Below the pieces are notes generated by a model. That model was not told the DNA's origin. It saw nothing but the letters and a program-made list of their open reading frames with translations, and did no database searches. A stretch of DNA of 64,000 bases from Vitrella brassicaformis CCMP3155 (Eukaryota; Protista; Chromerida): NCBI GenBank assembly GCA_001179505.1, contig CDMY01000040.1:1-64000 (forward strand), read 5' to 3'. Both the position numbers and the translations under genes were made by a program. Each line of letters starts with the position of its first letter. The first letter of the stretch is position 1. Shown here one piece after another: positions 37,201-48,997 of this stretch.

Positions 37201-37739
37201 ACCTCATCAATCTGACGCTGTCAAACATTCACCACACATACAAGTATGTCAGTGGGCGGGCGGGCGGGCGGCACACAACACAGCCACACCCACCCATCGA
37301 AGGCTCTTTATCTGCCGGTGTGTGTGTGTGTGTGTGCGTATCAGGGAGACCGGTGCCTTGGGGGATGGCTATGCTGGCAAGAAGAACATCGTCCAGCAGC
37401 TGTTCACACCCGCACTCATAGAGGCCGCACTCATGGTGCCCTCCCGCCCCCCGCCCCCCGCACACCCCCAACCACACACCACACACACGCACACCTGCCT
37501 CTCCTCTCTCCTCTCTCCCCCCCACTCAGTGCTCGTGGTTCCATTACGTCAACACAGAGGGCTACATGAGCCACCGACGGGATGAGTTCCGGAGCCTGCA
37601 GGCATTCAGGGCATGGCGCCACGCCATGGAGGACGGCCACAGCACGCCGTCAACGGTCCCCTCCAGCGTGGTCAGCACACCGCGGGGCGGCCGGACGCCC
37701 GCACGACCCGCCAGGGGAAGGCAGGGCAGGGGGGCGTAG
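34241..37739 (+). CDS. Multi-exon hypothetical protein with two copies of an unnamed domain; paralogue of 40433-45256
   Basis: Exon-by-exon similarity: HPCTDAPDDVRFAWELETAR vs HPCLDAPIAVRRQWEAETAK; DVYVSDW vs DVYVDDW; FSAPVLKSKLL|TSWFHYL vs FSEPILKSQLL|TSWFQYL. Confidence 0.7.
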
Positions 37740-38505
37740 GGGGTGTGGTGGATGGAGGGGGCTGGGGTGGGACGAGAGGCGAGGACAGGATAGGAGCGGT
37801 GCAGGTGGCTGACTGAAGGTTTAGTGGTGCGGTTTTTGTGCGGTGCGTGGCGGGTTCATGGTTCAGTTGGCTTTCTTCAGTTTGTAAGACTTGTCAGGTT
37901 AGGTGTTTCTGGATGGATGTGCACTCGGATGGTTCGGTAGGATGGGTGGGATGGATGGGATGGTATGGGTGGATTGACGTGAGGTTTGCGTGAGAGCCTT
38001 CCCCTTGTGTGTGAGCGAACAGACACACAGACACGCGACGCGCCTACCACACACAGCTGTCTGAACGAGCCAGGACGCCAACCACACATCAACACGACAG
38101 AAAATCCTCTGGGGCCCGGGGTGCCCATGTGTGTCAACCACGCGCAACGGCAGGCAGAGTCTGTCGGTCTCTCATGAAGTGAACTGCGTCAATCGACCAA
38201 CCCTCAATCATGCGACCACACATCAACAGGACAGAAAATTCCCTGCTCCATCGCAGAAACAGGGCACTGCCCGACAGACAGGAAATTGTCCATGCAACTG
38301 CAAATGTGGTGCACACGAGAAACACCACAGCAGCTCTTAGGTGACCAAGTCGGCCTGAAACAATTCGCCCCAGCGACAATAGTACACAAATGGAAAAGAA
38401 TTCGCCACGCCCGCATCAATCAATCAGACATGCACACACATCACACGAGCCCCTCCCTTATGAGCAAGGCCTCCAGCTCACTCATCTGTCGGCCATTAAC
38501 CGCCG

Positions 38506-40299
38506 TCACAATTTGCCCTCCACCGCCTCACAGTGGCCCCCACCGCGCATGGCCATCAACCGCGTCACGCTGGCGGGGGAGGGCACAGCCTCCATTGCGG
38601 AGAGCTCGGCCTCGATGCTGCTGAAGTCTGCCGCCGACATGCCCTCGAACTCATGGAGAGGCTTGTGCAGCACCGGGTCACGGAAATTCCTGCACAGACG
38701 GGACACAGAAGGAGGAAGAGAGTGTGTGGACAGCGTGCCTGACTTGACTGTGTGGCTACCGGAGGTAGTTGAACAGGTGTTTTCTGAAGGCATCGGTGTA
38801 GGTCAGGGCGTCGGAGATGAAGGCCTCCTCCACCGCAGCCACCGACACACCCTCCTGGCAGATGAGAGACACACTCGTGTGCGCGTGTGGTGTATGGTGT
38901 GTCGCCACATTCTGCCACCTTTGCTGCGTGGTCTTGAAAGCACCCCTGCAAGAATGCCGCAAGAGCCTCGTTGGCCTCCAGCTCATACCTGATGCTCTCC
39001 TCCCATTCTGCCCGCTGCAGATACTCCCCCGTGACCGAAGAGAACTCCGCAGTCGCAGAGACTCCGCGCATCCTATCGTGCACCAGCCGCGGCCCCTCTT
39101 CCTCGCCGAGCAGCGGTATGCTGGCGTGCTGGATGGCCGCGACGCAGACGTCGACTGGCGAAGGGATGAGGAACCAGTGGCGATCTCGGCCCTGGATCGT
39201 CACCGTGCACTTGAGTTTGCGCCAGAACATGCCGGCAAGGATGGTCCCGGTGGTGAGGATGAAGGGCAGGGGGATGATGCCCATTGGCAGGTTGTGGTGG
39301 AGGAGGTCCTTGATGGCCCTGGTGAGGATGGCCTGCGCCTTGTCCTGCATCACGGCCACCGTCGCTGGGTCAGCGGTGATGTCCTCGTTGATGCCGTTGG
39401 TGTAGCGGCCGATGGTGATGGGCGCGAGGCGGAAATTGGGGTAGCACAGGCTCCTCTCCCAGACGATGGCGCCGCTTTCAGTATCAGGGGGTGTGCGGGG
39501 CTGCGTCACGCTGTCCTTAGCTGGATTGGCAAGCGTGATGCCGCAAAAAAGGCTTGTCTTGCGGCCGTCCCTCGTCCACATGGCAACGGTGGGGGCGTCC
39601 TCCTCACTCATATCGACCGTGGCGCGGTCTTCGGTCTCTGTCCTCACCAATTGCTCCGTCTTGAGTATAAGCATCACATGATTCTTGCCGTGGGTGTCGA
39701 TCTCACGCAAGATGGCCGACTCCCTGCACCGCTGCACCTTGAAGAACCCCTCGCTCCCCATCAGGCCGGCCGTGTAGCGCAGTGCGGCCTTGTTGCCGCG
39801 GTAGTGGTCGCTGCATAGCAGTTCCTTCAGCCAGCCGCACTCCTTCATGTGCTCAATCTTGGTGTGAGTGCCGGTGCAGCCGGGCCCGCACTGCGGACAC
39901 AGCCCAGTATCGCCGCTCGGTGCAGGTCCACTCGTGGGTGCCGAACCAGTGCGCCTTCTGACATTCCTGCAAACAGTGACGAAGAGCACCAGTGAGTGCA
40001 CTTGTGCATCTTGCCTGAATCAGTCTGACCTGTGAGCAGTATCGGGGCAGCCCGCAGGCCTCGCACACCTTGAGGTCAGGGGGCAGCAAACCGCAGACAA
40101 AGCAGCCCTCCTGTGCCGGCGGGGCGGGAGGTGGCGGCGGCTCAACCTCGGCGTTGCTCGACGGCGATGATGATGCCGCCGCCGACGACGTTGCAGTGAT
40201 GCGCCGCATCATCTCTCTCGAGGTCGCTTCGTTCTCATCCTCAGAGTCGCTCAGATCACGCGCCAGCCTGTCCCACTTGGAATAATCGAGTCGCGACAT
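38506..40299 (-). CDS. MYND zinc-finger protein with N-terminal DYSKWD motif; needs a 34-nt intron or a frameshift at 39858-39891
   Basis: CFVCG...KVCEACGLPRYCSQ|ECQKAHWFGTHEWTC; a long downstream ORF of about 310 codons in another frame; two further exons. Confidence 0.75.
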
Positions 40300-40390
40300 C
40301 CCGGCCGGATAAGCAAGCAGTGAGCCCTGAGCCTGTTCCTCTTGAAATGCAAAGATGCCCAAATCCCTCTTCCGTTTGCGCTCCAACGGC

Positions 40391-40398
40391 TGCGAGCT
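40391..40398 (+). promoter_or_regulatory. TGCGAGCT candidate promoter motif
   Basis: Between ATG 40299(-) and ATG 40433(+). Confidence 0.5.
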
Positions 40399-40432
40399 AA
40401 TATCGCAGCCCGGGGAAGCAAGGGGAGGCAAG

Positions 40433-43400
40433 ATGGAGACCTCGTCCAACGGGACGATGTCTTACTGTGACCAGCTGAGTGCCGTCGTCGCTCGCTATCT
40501 CGAGCAGTCCGGCCAGACACACCCCTGCCTCGACGCTCCCATCGCCGTAAGGCGCCAGTGGGAGGCGGAGACCGCCAAGTAGGACACGCACGCACACAGA
40601 TACAGATCTCAGTCACCTACAAACAGGGCACGCTGATGGGATGGATGGGATGCTATGCTTCCATCCTTGTGTTTCTCCCATCCGTCAGGCGCATCCTGCA
40701 TGCTAATAAGCAGCGGGCCCTCCTGCTGCGGGAGGTGTGCCATCTCAAGGGCCATCCCCTGCCCCCCTCCTCGGCCGGCAACATGGTGGCGTGGGAGAGT
40801 GAGGATAACCCCGAGCATGCGGCCATGGTGGCAGAGGCCAAGAGGGAGGCGGCGAGGCTGGTAGGAGTGGAGCAGGGTGCAGCCGAGGGAGAGGGAGAGG
40901 GAGGGGGAGAGGCTGACATGGACACGGTGGTGGAGCCCGAGAAAGAAGGTACACGCAGACAGACAGACAGACAGGCAGGGGTCCTCTGATGGATCGGTTG
41001 ACGGATGGCTGGCTGGGCATCTGGTGCTGCTTCCTTCCTTGCATTTCTGCCTGTAGCTCATCATCCCATTGAGGAAGCCGCTCCAGCGGCTGCAGAGGTC
41101 GTGGGCGAGGAGATGACTGAGTTGGGTATCAAGCAGACCAGAGAGGAGCCCATCCATGAAGCCGCCAAGGACACCACTGAGTCACAGGAAGGTAAGTACG
41201 CACGCAGAGGCAAGACCCCCTCCGACATACACAAGAAGACACCCTGCTGTTCCTTGGCCCATCAGATGTGGCCACGCGCACCAACCTGGTGCACTTCCTG
41301 GACGACTGGGGCACGGGCAACGGGTGGGACGTCATCACCAAGCTGCTGAGCAAGGAGGAGGCCGCCGACCCCGACTGGAAGTTCCACCTCCCCATCGTCC
41401 GACTGCAGGCACTCATACAGCAGCTCTCAGAAGAGCCCACACGTAAGCCCACACGTCCACTCATCCACACAGTCACACACACACACCCGTTTGTGAATCA
41501 TCTGTGCCTGCAGCGTCTGTCGCGCAGCCACCGACCACGCCGTCGACCTCGCGCACCCACCACCCGTCGCCCACCCCCACCCCGGCCACCCACGGCCAGC
41601 AGCCAAACCCTCCTGCTGCAGGTGCTGGCGGTGGGGTGCCGGCGTCGGTGCACATCCAGGTGCGTGACCGGAAGGGCACCCTGGGGTACAGCAGGAGCCC
41701 TGAGGTCATGGAGAAACTCATGCCCCCCTCCGTCATCAAAGAAATTCAGAAACGTACGACACAACGAATGGGTTGACTGACGGAATGGCGCCGGGAGAGG
41801 GAGGGTGGATGGGATGCGGTGGATGCGGTGGATGCGGTGTGTGTGTGTGTCTGTGTTGTGTAGACGACGTGTATGTGGACGACTGGGAGACCCGGCTGTC
41901 GCTGAAGGCCGACCCGGACTCGGTCCCCTTCCTGGAGGAACTATACGAGTCAAGTGAGTCAGTGAGTGCATGTGTGTGTCGGCCAATGCAACAGATGTGC
42001 CCTGCCCATGTGATATCTCTGCTTGTGTGTGTAACAGGGAGGAGTGTTGGATTGGCGACGACGCTCAACTACGCCCTGAAGGAATGGATGATCGTCTACG
42101 GATTCTACGTACGTCTAGTGGCAGCCCGCCAGCCCGCCAGCCCGCCAGCCAGCCAGCCAGCCGCGGCAGCCAGACAAGAGGGAGTGATCGTCTTTTTGTA
42201 TGGTCCATCCCATTTGTGTGGCGTGGGTGTGGTGTGGTGTGCCTCCAGATGACTCAGCAGGAGGAGCTCTTCGGCGACAAGAAGAGGATCGGCATCAAAG
42301 TCCAACAGGACAAGTGAGTGGGATTGTGTGGGTGGGTGGGTGTGTGTGGGGGGGCTCATTCAGACCCGGCTGTCCTTGTTTGTGTGCTGCCTGCCTACCT
42401 GTGCCTGTCTGTCTGGTGGGTGTCAGGTACTGTCGTCCTTCGCACCGGTCGGGACATACGCCCACCATCCCCCAGAACCTCTTCAGGACATACGTCTACT
42501 CACACAGATTCGGACAGGTGGGCATCCCCCACCTGTCCGAATGTGGTGCTTGGGTGTTTGTGTGGTGCTTTGTGGTGCGATCGACCGATCCAGGTGTGTG
42601 TGAATGCGATGCGTGTGTGTGGCGATGCAGGAGGTGTTGTACTCGACGTCGTGGCCGCAGGACCTGTTCTTCCGGCTCCTCAAGATGGTCGACGCCTCCC
42701 TCTCATTCGCTTCGAAACACACATCCGAATGGATATCGACGTAAGTGAACCATCGACACATTGAAAGCACAGCACAACGCTGGCAGACAGACACTGCATC
42801 TGCGTGTGTGTTGTCCTGGTTTGTCTGTCTGCTTTGCTCTGTCTGTATGTGTCTCATCAGCCACATGAAGCTGTACACGATCTTCCAGCACATGACCTTC
42901 TCAGAGCCCATCCTCAAGTCACAACTACTGGTCAGTCATCGCCCATGCCCCCTCCCCTCCCCAGCCCAGCAACACACACACACACACACACATCCTCCCT
43001 CTCTCTAATTGGATCCAGACGTCGTGGTTCCAGTACCTGATTGCCAACAGCAGGATCCGCTATTCCCTCTCTGAGCTGCAGGACCGGCCGGAGGACTACT
43101 TCTTTGGCGACGGCGGTGCTCCCTCCCCCTCCAACAGGCCGCCTCCCCACAAGGCCTCCGCCATGGGGGACACACACCCACACCAACACACACACACGGC
43201 AGACACCACACCCCGCGAAGCTCACAGGGACAAGAAGCCATCATTCAGCCCCACAGCAGCGGCAGGAGCAGCAGCAGGGAGGGATGCTGGCAAGGACAAG
43301 GAGAAGGCCGACGTGACGCCACGCAGCAAGGAGCCCAGCCCCCGAGCAGCAGCAGCAGCAGCAGCAGCACAGGGGGCCGCACCACAGACAGAGAAGAAGC

Positions 43401-45256
43401 CTCCTGAGGATGCGGCGGGCAAGAGGAAGGACAAGCCGGCTGCAGCTGCTGCAGCTGCAGCTGCCGCCGCCGGTTCGTGGGCGCAGCTGGTGAGCGGAGC
43501 GGGGGCGGGGGCTGGTGCAGGGGAGTCGCCCGCAGCCAAGAGGGGTGCCGATGACAAGAGCGAGGAGAAGGCGCCGGCTGCCACTGCTACAGCTACAGCC
43601 ACAGCGCAGCCAGAGACGGCCACAAAGCAGCAGCAGCCGCACCCGCAGCAGCAGGAGGATAAGAAGGCGGATACAAAGAAGAAGGATAAGGAGCCACCGG
43701 CCGCTGTCACACCCTCATTGTCGGTGGCGGCCGAGCAGTCCCCGACGGCCGGGCCGCCAACAGGTGGGAAACATGCATGGATGGATGGATGGATTGAAGC
43801 AACAACTGTTGTGTCGGTGACACACAGAGTGGTGTGTGTGTGTGTGTGTGTGTTGTATGCAGGCGTGATCGATTTCGAGGTGACTGACTGGAATACGATG
43901 CTGCTAAATGGCCCGCTGCCGGGCGCAGTCGACCTCGAGAGCCGCGACTATAGGAGACCGAATGGTGCGTCAGCCAGCCGGCGACATCCCTGGGTGGCTG
44001 GAGAGAGGGGGACATATTGTATGTTGTGATGCGTGATGTGTGTTGTGTGCAGAGTACACCCACTCTCTGAACTACGTGCTGTCGTCGGCCCTCAAGTTCT
44101 GGCGCATATGCGAATACCACATGGTCGGTCAGACACGCAGCAAGACACTGGGCTGTGCTGCCCGTATCTGTGCGGCTCCCTCCCTCCCTCCCTCTGTCTG
44201 TCTGTCTGTCTGTCTCAACGAACGGATGTGTGTGTGCAGGTGTCCAGGGCGGTCAAGGTGGATGACGCTGCCCAGCAGGGCATCTGGACCGCACTCGACA
44301 CCACGCCGTACGCACAAACACTCACGCACACCCCATCCCACAACAACACATGCCTTGTGTGTCACTCACTACATCAGGATGAGGCGTGCCCCCCACCCCA
44401 AGCAGGACCGCTGTCTCACCGTGTGGACCCTCACTGCCATGTGGGGCAACTCCAAACAGGTCTGTCAGCTCACAGCACACTAAACAGGTCTGGCAGCGCC
44501 CACAGGCGACACACGTGTGTGTGTGTGTGTGTGGATGTGTGTGTGTGTCATGTCTGTCATGCAGTCGATGGCCGTGGTGACCCCGTGGAGCCGGCCTGTA
44601 ATGGAGAGTCTGGTGACACTCATCAACGAAAGCCTCAAAGAAATGGACGCCAAATACAAGTATGTCAGCCACACACACAGACACACCACACCCATGGGCA
44701 GTGCAGACACCGATGGATGGATGGATGGGTGTCCCCTGTCTGTCTGATGGTGTGTTGTTCCCCACTACCTGACCTGCCTCACGCAGATCGTCGCGCGAGC
44801 CTCTGAGGGACGGCGGCCCCGAGAAGGGCGATCTTGCCAGGGCATTCTTCAAACCCGTCGTCACCAAATCCAGCCTCATGGTATGATCTGCGGGCACAGG
44901 CACCCACACTGCACCACACCACACCACACCACAGATTCCCTCCTGCGTGCGCGGCCTCACTCGCCCATCAGACGTCGTGGCTGCGGTTCGTGCTGTCGAC
45001 TGGCTACGGCGATGGTCGCTATCTGGAGCTGGAGAGCATCCCGGTGCGGCTCGAGCAGCGCGACAAGGCGACCATCGCAGACTACCGCACCTATCGGGTA
45101 TGGTACGAGCGCACGCAGCGCAACTATCGGCACACACACAGGCATGTGGATGGATGGATGGATGGACCCCTCATTCAGGCGTTCGATGAGTGGCGCAAGC
45201 ACGTGGGACCGACCGGCCAGGCCAGGGATGACTTTGTCGGCAAAAGACAAAGATAG
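40433..45256 (+). CDS. Large multi-exon hypothetical protein with two copies of the same unnamed domain and an Ala/Lys-rich linker; start may be 40355
   Basis: Homologous exons to 34241-37739: WPQDLFFRLLKMVD, WSRPVMESLVTLINESL, FKPVVTKSSLM|TSWLRFV. Confidence 0.7.
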
Positions 45257-45533
45257 ACAGACACGTAGTTGAGTTGCTTGAGTAAGCTGCCGGCCCCCAG
45301 GGGGCGGGCAGTGACTGACTGACTGACTGACCAATCGTTGTAGCGGTTTGCTGTTTGTGCGTGCGTCGTGAGTCTGGCTGCTTGATCTGTCTGTGTGGTG
45401 AGAGTGAATAAGGGGCTGGGTGCGGTCATGCAGTGCTTAAAGAGTGAGTGTGGGTCATGCTTAGTGATGCGGCGAGTGACGAGGGGCTTAAGCAGGGTGT
45501 GTGTGTGCGTGGGGGGGGGGGGGGGGGGGGGGG

Positions 45534-45833
45534 NNNNNNNNNNNNNNNNNNNNNNNNNNNNNNNNNNNNNNNNNNNNNNNNNNNNNNNNNNNNNNNNNNN
45601 NNNNNNNNNNNNNNNNNNNNNNNNNNNNNNNNNNNNNNNNNNNNNNNNNNNNNNNNNNNNNNNNNNNNNNNNNNNNNNNNNNNNNNNNNNNNNNNNNNNN
45701 NNNNNNNNNNNNNNNNNNNNNNNNNNNNNNNNNNNNNNNNNNNNNNNNNNNNNNNNNNNNNNNNNNNNNNNNNNNNNNNNNNNNNNNNNNNNNNNNNNNN
45801 NNNNNNNNNNNNNNNNNNNNNNNNNNNNNNNNN
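45534..45833. other. Assembly gap (300 N) after poly-G
   Basis: N run. Confidence 1.
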
Positions 45834-46333
45834 GTTGTCGTTACAATCGTCCTATGTATGTCTTCAGCCCTCAGCCATCAGTCAGTCAGTCAGTCAGTCT
45901 GTCTAGTGATGCTTTTGCCTGTCAGTCGTCCATTCGTATGTTTGTACCCTCCAATGGCGTGCTGGAGAGCAGGGAAGAAAGCCATGCACAGAACATGGCT
46001 GCGAGTGGGGTGGTTTGGCAATGGACGGGCACTGATGTGCACCGGTGCCAGTCGGTGTGATGTGTGGAACTGACTGAACACACCCATATGGTGGTCGCTG
46101 AAAGCTGATAGATACTCTCACAGTGACGCATCGCTTCACGGCAACAAGAAGCTGTACAGACACGTGAGTGCGCCAAACACACACACACACACACACAAAA
46201 GAAGGCCGGCCGAAAAAAGGCCGATGGGCACAATGACGCGGCCTGCTCACTCCCATCACACACAACAAACAAATCGGCACCCACCCGTCCCACTCAGTTA
46301 ACCACCGCACCCCACCACCCCCCATTCAGTCTT

Positions 46334-47170
46334 TCACGATTTGCCTCTGAAGACGTACTGGTGTATAGTCATCTTCTGCGGCAGGACGCCCCGCATCCGG
46401 CCAATCTCCGCAAACACGTCCTCGTGCAGGAACTGCTTCGAGTGCTTCTCGTACTTGCGGCTCAGCTTCTGGTGGTACTCCCGTCTCTGGCTCTTGTGCC
46501 TCTCGCTGATGGCCTTGGCCCGCTCCCTCTGCTCCCGCTTCCTCTCGAACTCGTTGACGATGCTGTCGAGGCAGAAGTAGTCCGCGAAGGCCAGCAGCTC
46601 ATCCTGCCGCTCGTCGCTCATCTTCGGCAAATTCTTGTAGTAGGCAAAAAAGTCCAGAGCGTCGATCAGCCACCGCTGGCAGGGCAAGGTGAGGGAGCCG
46701 CGCAGGCCCTCGTCTGTGCCGAAGAGGTGCTTGTGGAGAGGGGAACGCTCATGCGGGGAGAAGATACTGCACACACACGCCACACACGAGCGCCTATCCA
46801 TCCGACAACAGGAGAGTCTTCTCACCTCACCCAAAGTGCAGTCAGTACCTGCGCTGTACCCTCTTGGTTCCGTCTTCACACAAAATGTCCACCTCGCCCT
46901 CCCTCAGCGGCCGGTCGCTGTCGTCACCGAGCGGCTCGGTAGTGTTGACGGGATCCACTGCAGCCTCGCTGCCCTTGCGTCGCGGCTTGTCGTCTCTTTT
47001 GGATGGCTGGAAGGGCACGACCTTGCCAGCCATCCAGCCCCTTCCCTGGTAGTTCCTCCGCTGAGGAGACGCTTTGTCGCCGTCCTGTTCGGCCTCTTCC
47101 TCTTCCTCCTCTTCCTCCGCTGAGGAGTAGGCCAGGCTGAGGATCTTGCGCTTCATCTCCTCGTCCATCG
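46334..47170 (-). CDS. Acidic N-terminus + BTB-like domain + coiled coil, 2 exons (about 47170-46849, 46766-46334)
   Basis: VDILCEDGTKRVQR|SIFS...LLAFADYFCLDSIV. Confidence 0.6.
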
Positions 47171-47350
47171 TCATAGCCGTAGCCGGAGGCGTCGACACCA
47201 CGAAGCAGGGCAGGTCACCACGTGCGCCGACAGGCCAAGAGCAGCGCGAAGGCTTTGTCAAGCCACCACTAATAAAAAGACAGGTGTCCTCAATCTCCAC
47301 ATAGTATACAGCAGCCCCCTGGCAGCACACTCCCCTTCTCTGAACCAATA

Positions 47351-47358
47351 AGCTCGCA
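47351..47358 (-). promoter_or_regulatory. TGCGAGCT candidate promoter motif
   Basis: agctcgca in the divergent interval 47170(-)/47667(+). Confidence 0.5.
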
Positions 47359-47424
47359 ATTTGCTCGGACCGCTCCTGACCTTGCCGACGTCACCGATGC
47401 ACGGGAGGCTCTTTGCTGAGGCGT

Positions 47425-47636
47425 GTGAAGTGTTGAAATCTGGTCGAGGACATCTCCTTCCCGGCTGATCGAGTGAGGGTCGAATTGATGGTTTTCTCGA
47501 ACCTGGCAAATTCGTTTTGCGATTTCATTTAACGAATGCCTCCCCAGGTCAGACACACACTGACTCGTGAAGAAAGAGCGGGAAAAGGCGAAGATTCGGC
47601 GAGAGACCTCAGTGCGAGCTAAGGCCTTAGCTCGCA
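47425..47636 (-). repeat. Second copy of the ~200-bp promoter-region element; ends in a perfect 24-bp palindrome tgcgagctaaggccttagctcgca (47613-47636)
   Basis: Reverse complement aligns with 30989-31193. Confidence 0.85.
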
Positions 47637-47666
47637 TCAGTCGCGAGAACGAGATCTGGCTTCCGA

Positions 47667-48655
47667 TGCACCGGCATGGAGCAGAACAGCATCACAGTGC
47701 ACCAGGGTTGCTGTATGTGCTGTTTGGGCTCGCCGCCATGTGCTGCTGTCAAGGAGTCAGTGAGCAGGAGCAGTGCCTCGCGTTCAGACCTGTGGAGACC
47801 CTCGCGGCCTTCAGGACTCCCCGTGTGGTCTTCCAGGCGGCCGCCTCGCCCCTCTCCTTCCCGCGGGTGCTGTCCATTGTGGACGGGGAGTGCTATCTGT
47901 GCCACATACGTGAGTATCGGCGGATGGAGATGATCTTGGCTGCGGAGATGCCCTACGTGCGCGTCATCCGGGTGGACTCGCACCTGGTGTCCCAGGTTAT
48001 GCGACTCAAATGGTTGGTATGGGAGGGACTGGTGTTGGATGTGGGAGGTGGCGCTGGTTGGTTTGTTCTCACTGGTTGGTTTGTGTGTGCACCGCACCCA
48101 GGGGCATCACAATGTTTCCGTTGCTGGTTCTCGTCTACGAAGGCCGCGTGCACAAACTGGCACCCGACTACCCGTAAGCGAGATAGATCGAAGGAAGGGA
48201 CGGAGGGCTCACTGCGCCATCCATCCATCCCTGCCTGTCTGTCTGTCTGTCTGGCTCTAACTCTCAGCATTGACCCATCAACAGTCGTGGGCTTCGTTTC
48301 AAAGATCACAGGTGACTGGAGGCCAACGCCACTGGCATGGCAAACACTCACATGTATGCCTTGCTTTGCCTTGCCTGCCATTGCAGGGATGGCGCCGCAC
48401 AACACGACTCACATATGGAGGGGCTGGGACGACATGGTGCCGCCACCCGACTGGGAAGACGCCGACAGCCCCGAATCGCCCGTCGGGAGGCGTAGTGGTA
48501 GGGGTGGGAATGGCATGTCGCATATTTCGCTGCAGCTGTGGCGGCTGGTGAGCGGGGTGCCGGTCAACTATGTGATGATGGTCTGGGGCAGCGTGGCCGT
48601 GGTGCTCAAGTGTGTGTGGAAGAGCCAGAGGCCTTCAGAGGCCGTCAATGCCTGA
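47667..48655 (+). CDS. Signal peptide + thioredoxin-like domain (CYLC) + C-terminal TM; TMX-like
   Basis: LLYVLFGLAAMCCC signal; DGECYLCH; VRVIRVD...LKW|GITMFPLLVLVYEGRV; C-terminal VNYVMMVWGSVAVVLKCVW. Middle exon phases are not fully resolved. Confidence 0.55.
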
Positions 48656-48779
48656 ATGCGCGTGTGCGCCTTGGGTGGGTGGAATTCGGGGTGTGTCGTG
48701 TGTCGAGGTTTGCAGGCACAAGTACAGTACAGTGCGCATGCGTGTGTGTGTATAGATGGTATGAGGTGTTTATATGATA

Positions 48780-48810
48780 CTAGCGCGAGCCCGCGCTTCG
48801 CGCGGGGAGC

Positions 48811-48846
<36 letters not shown>

Positions 48847-48952
48847 TCGACTTTGATGAGACCGTGCGACTTCAGAACAGCATGGATACAGATGGACAGG
48901 CATATTTTGCCAGTGTCTGCCGGTCGAGCCGCGTCCGCAACTTCATCGTTGT

Positions 48953-48997
<45 letters not shown>

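Noticed and set aside
47876-47902. VDGECYLC resembling the DCC/DUF393 DGxCxLC motif
   Set aside because: Downstream sequence (VIRVD, GITMFPLLVL, C-terminal TM) fits a thioredoxin/TMX-like protein better.
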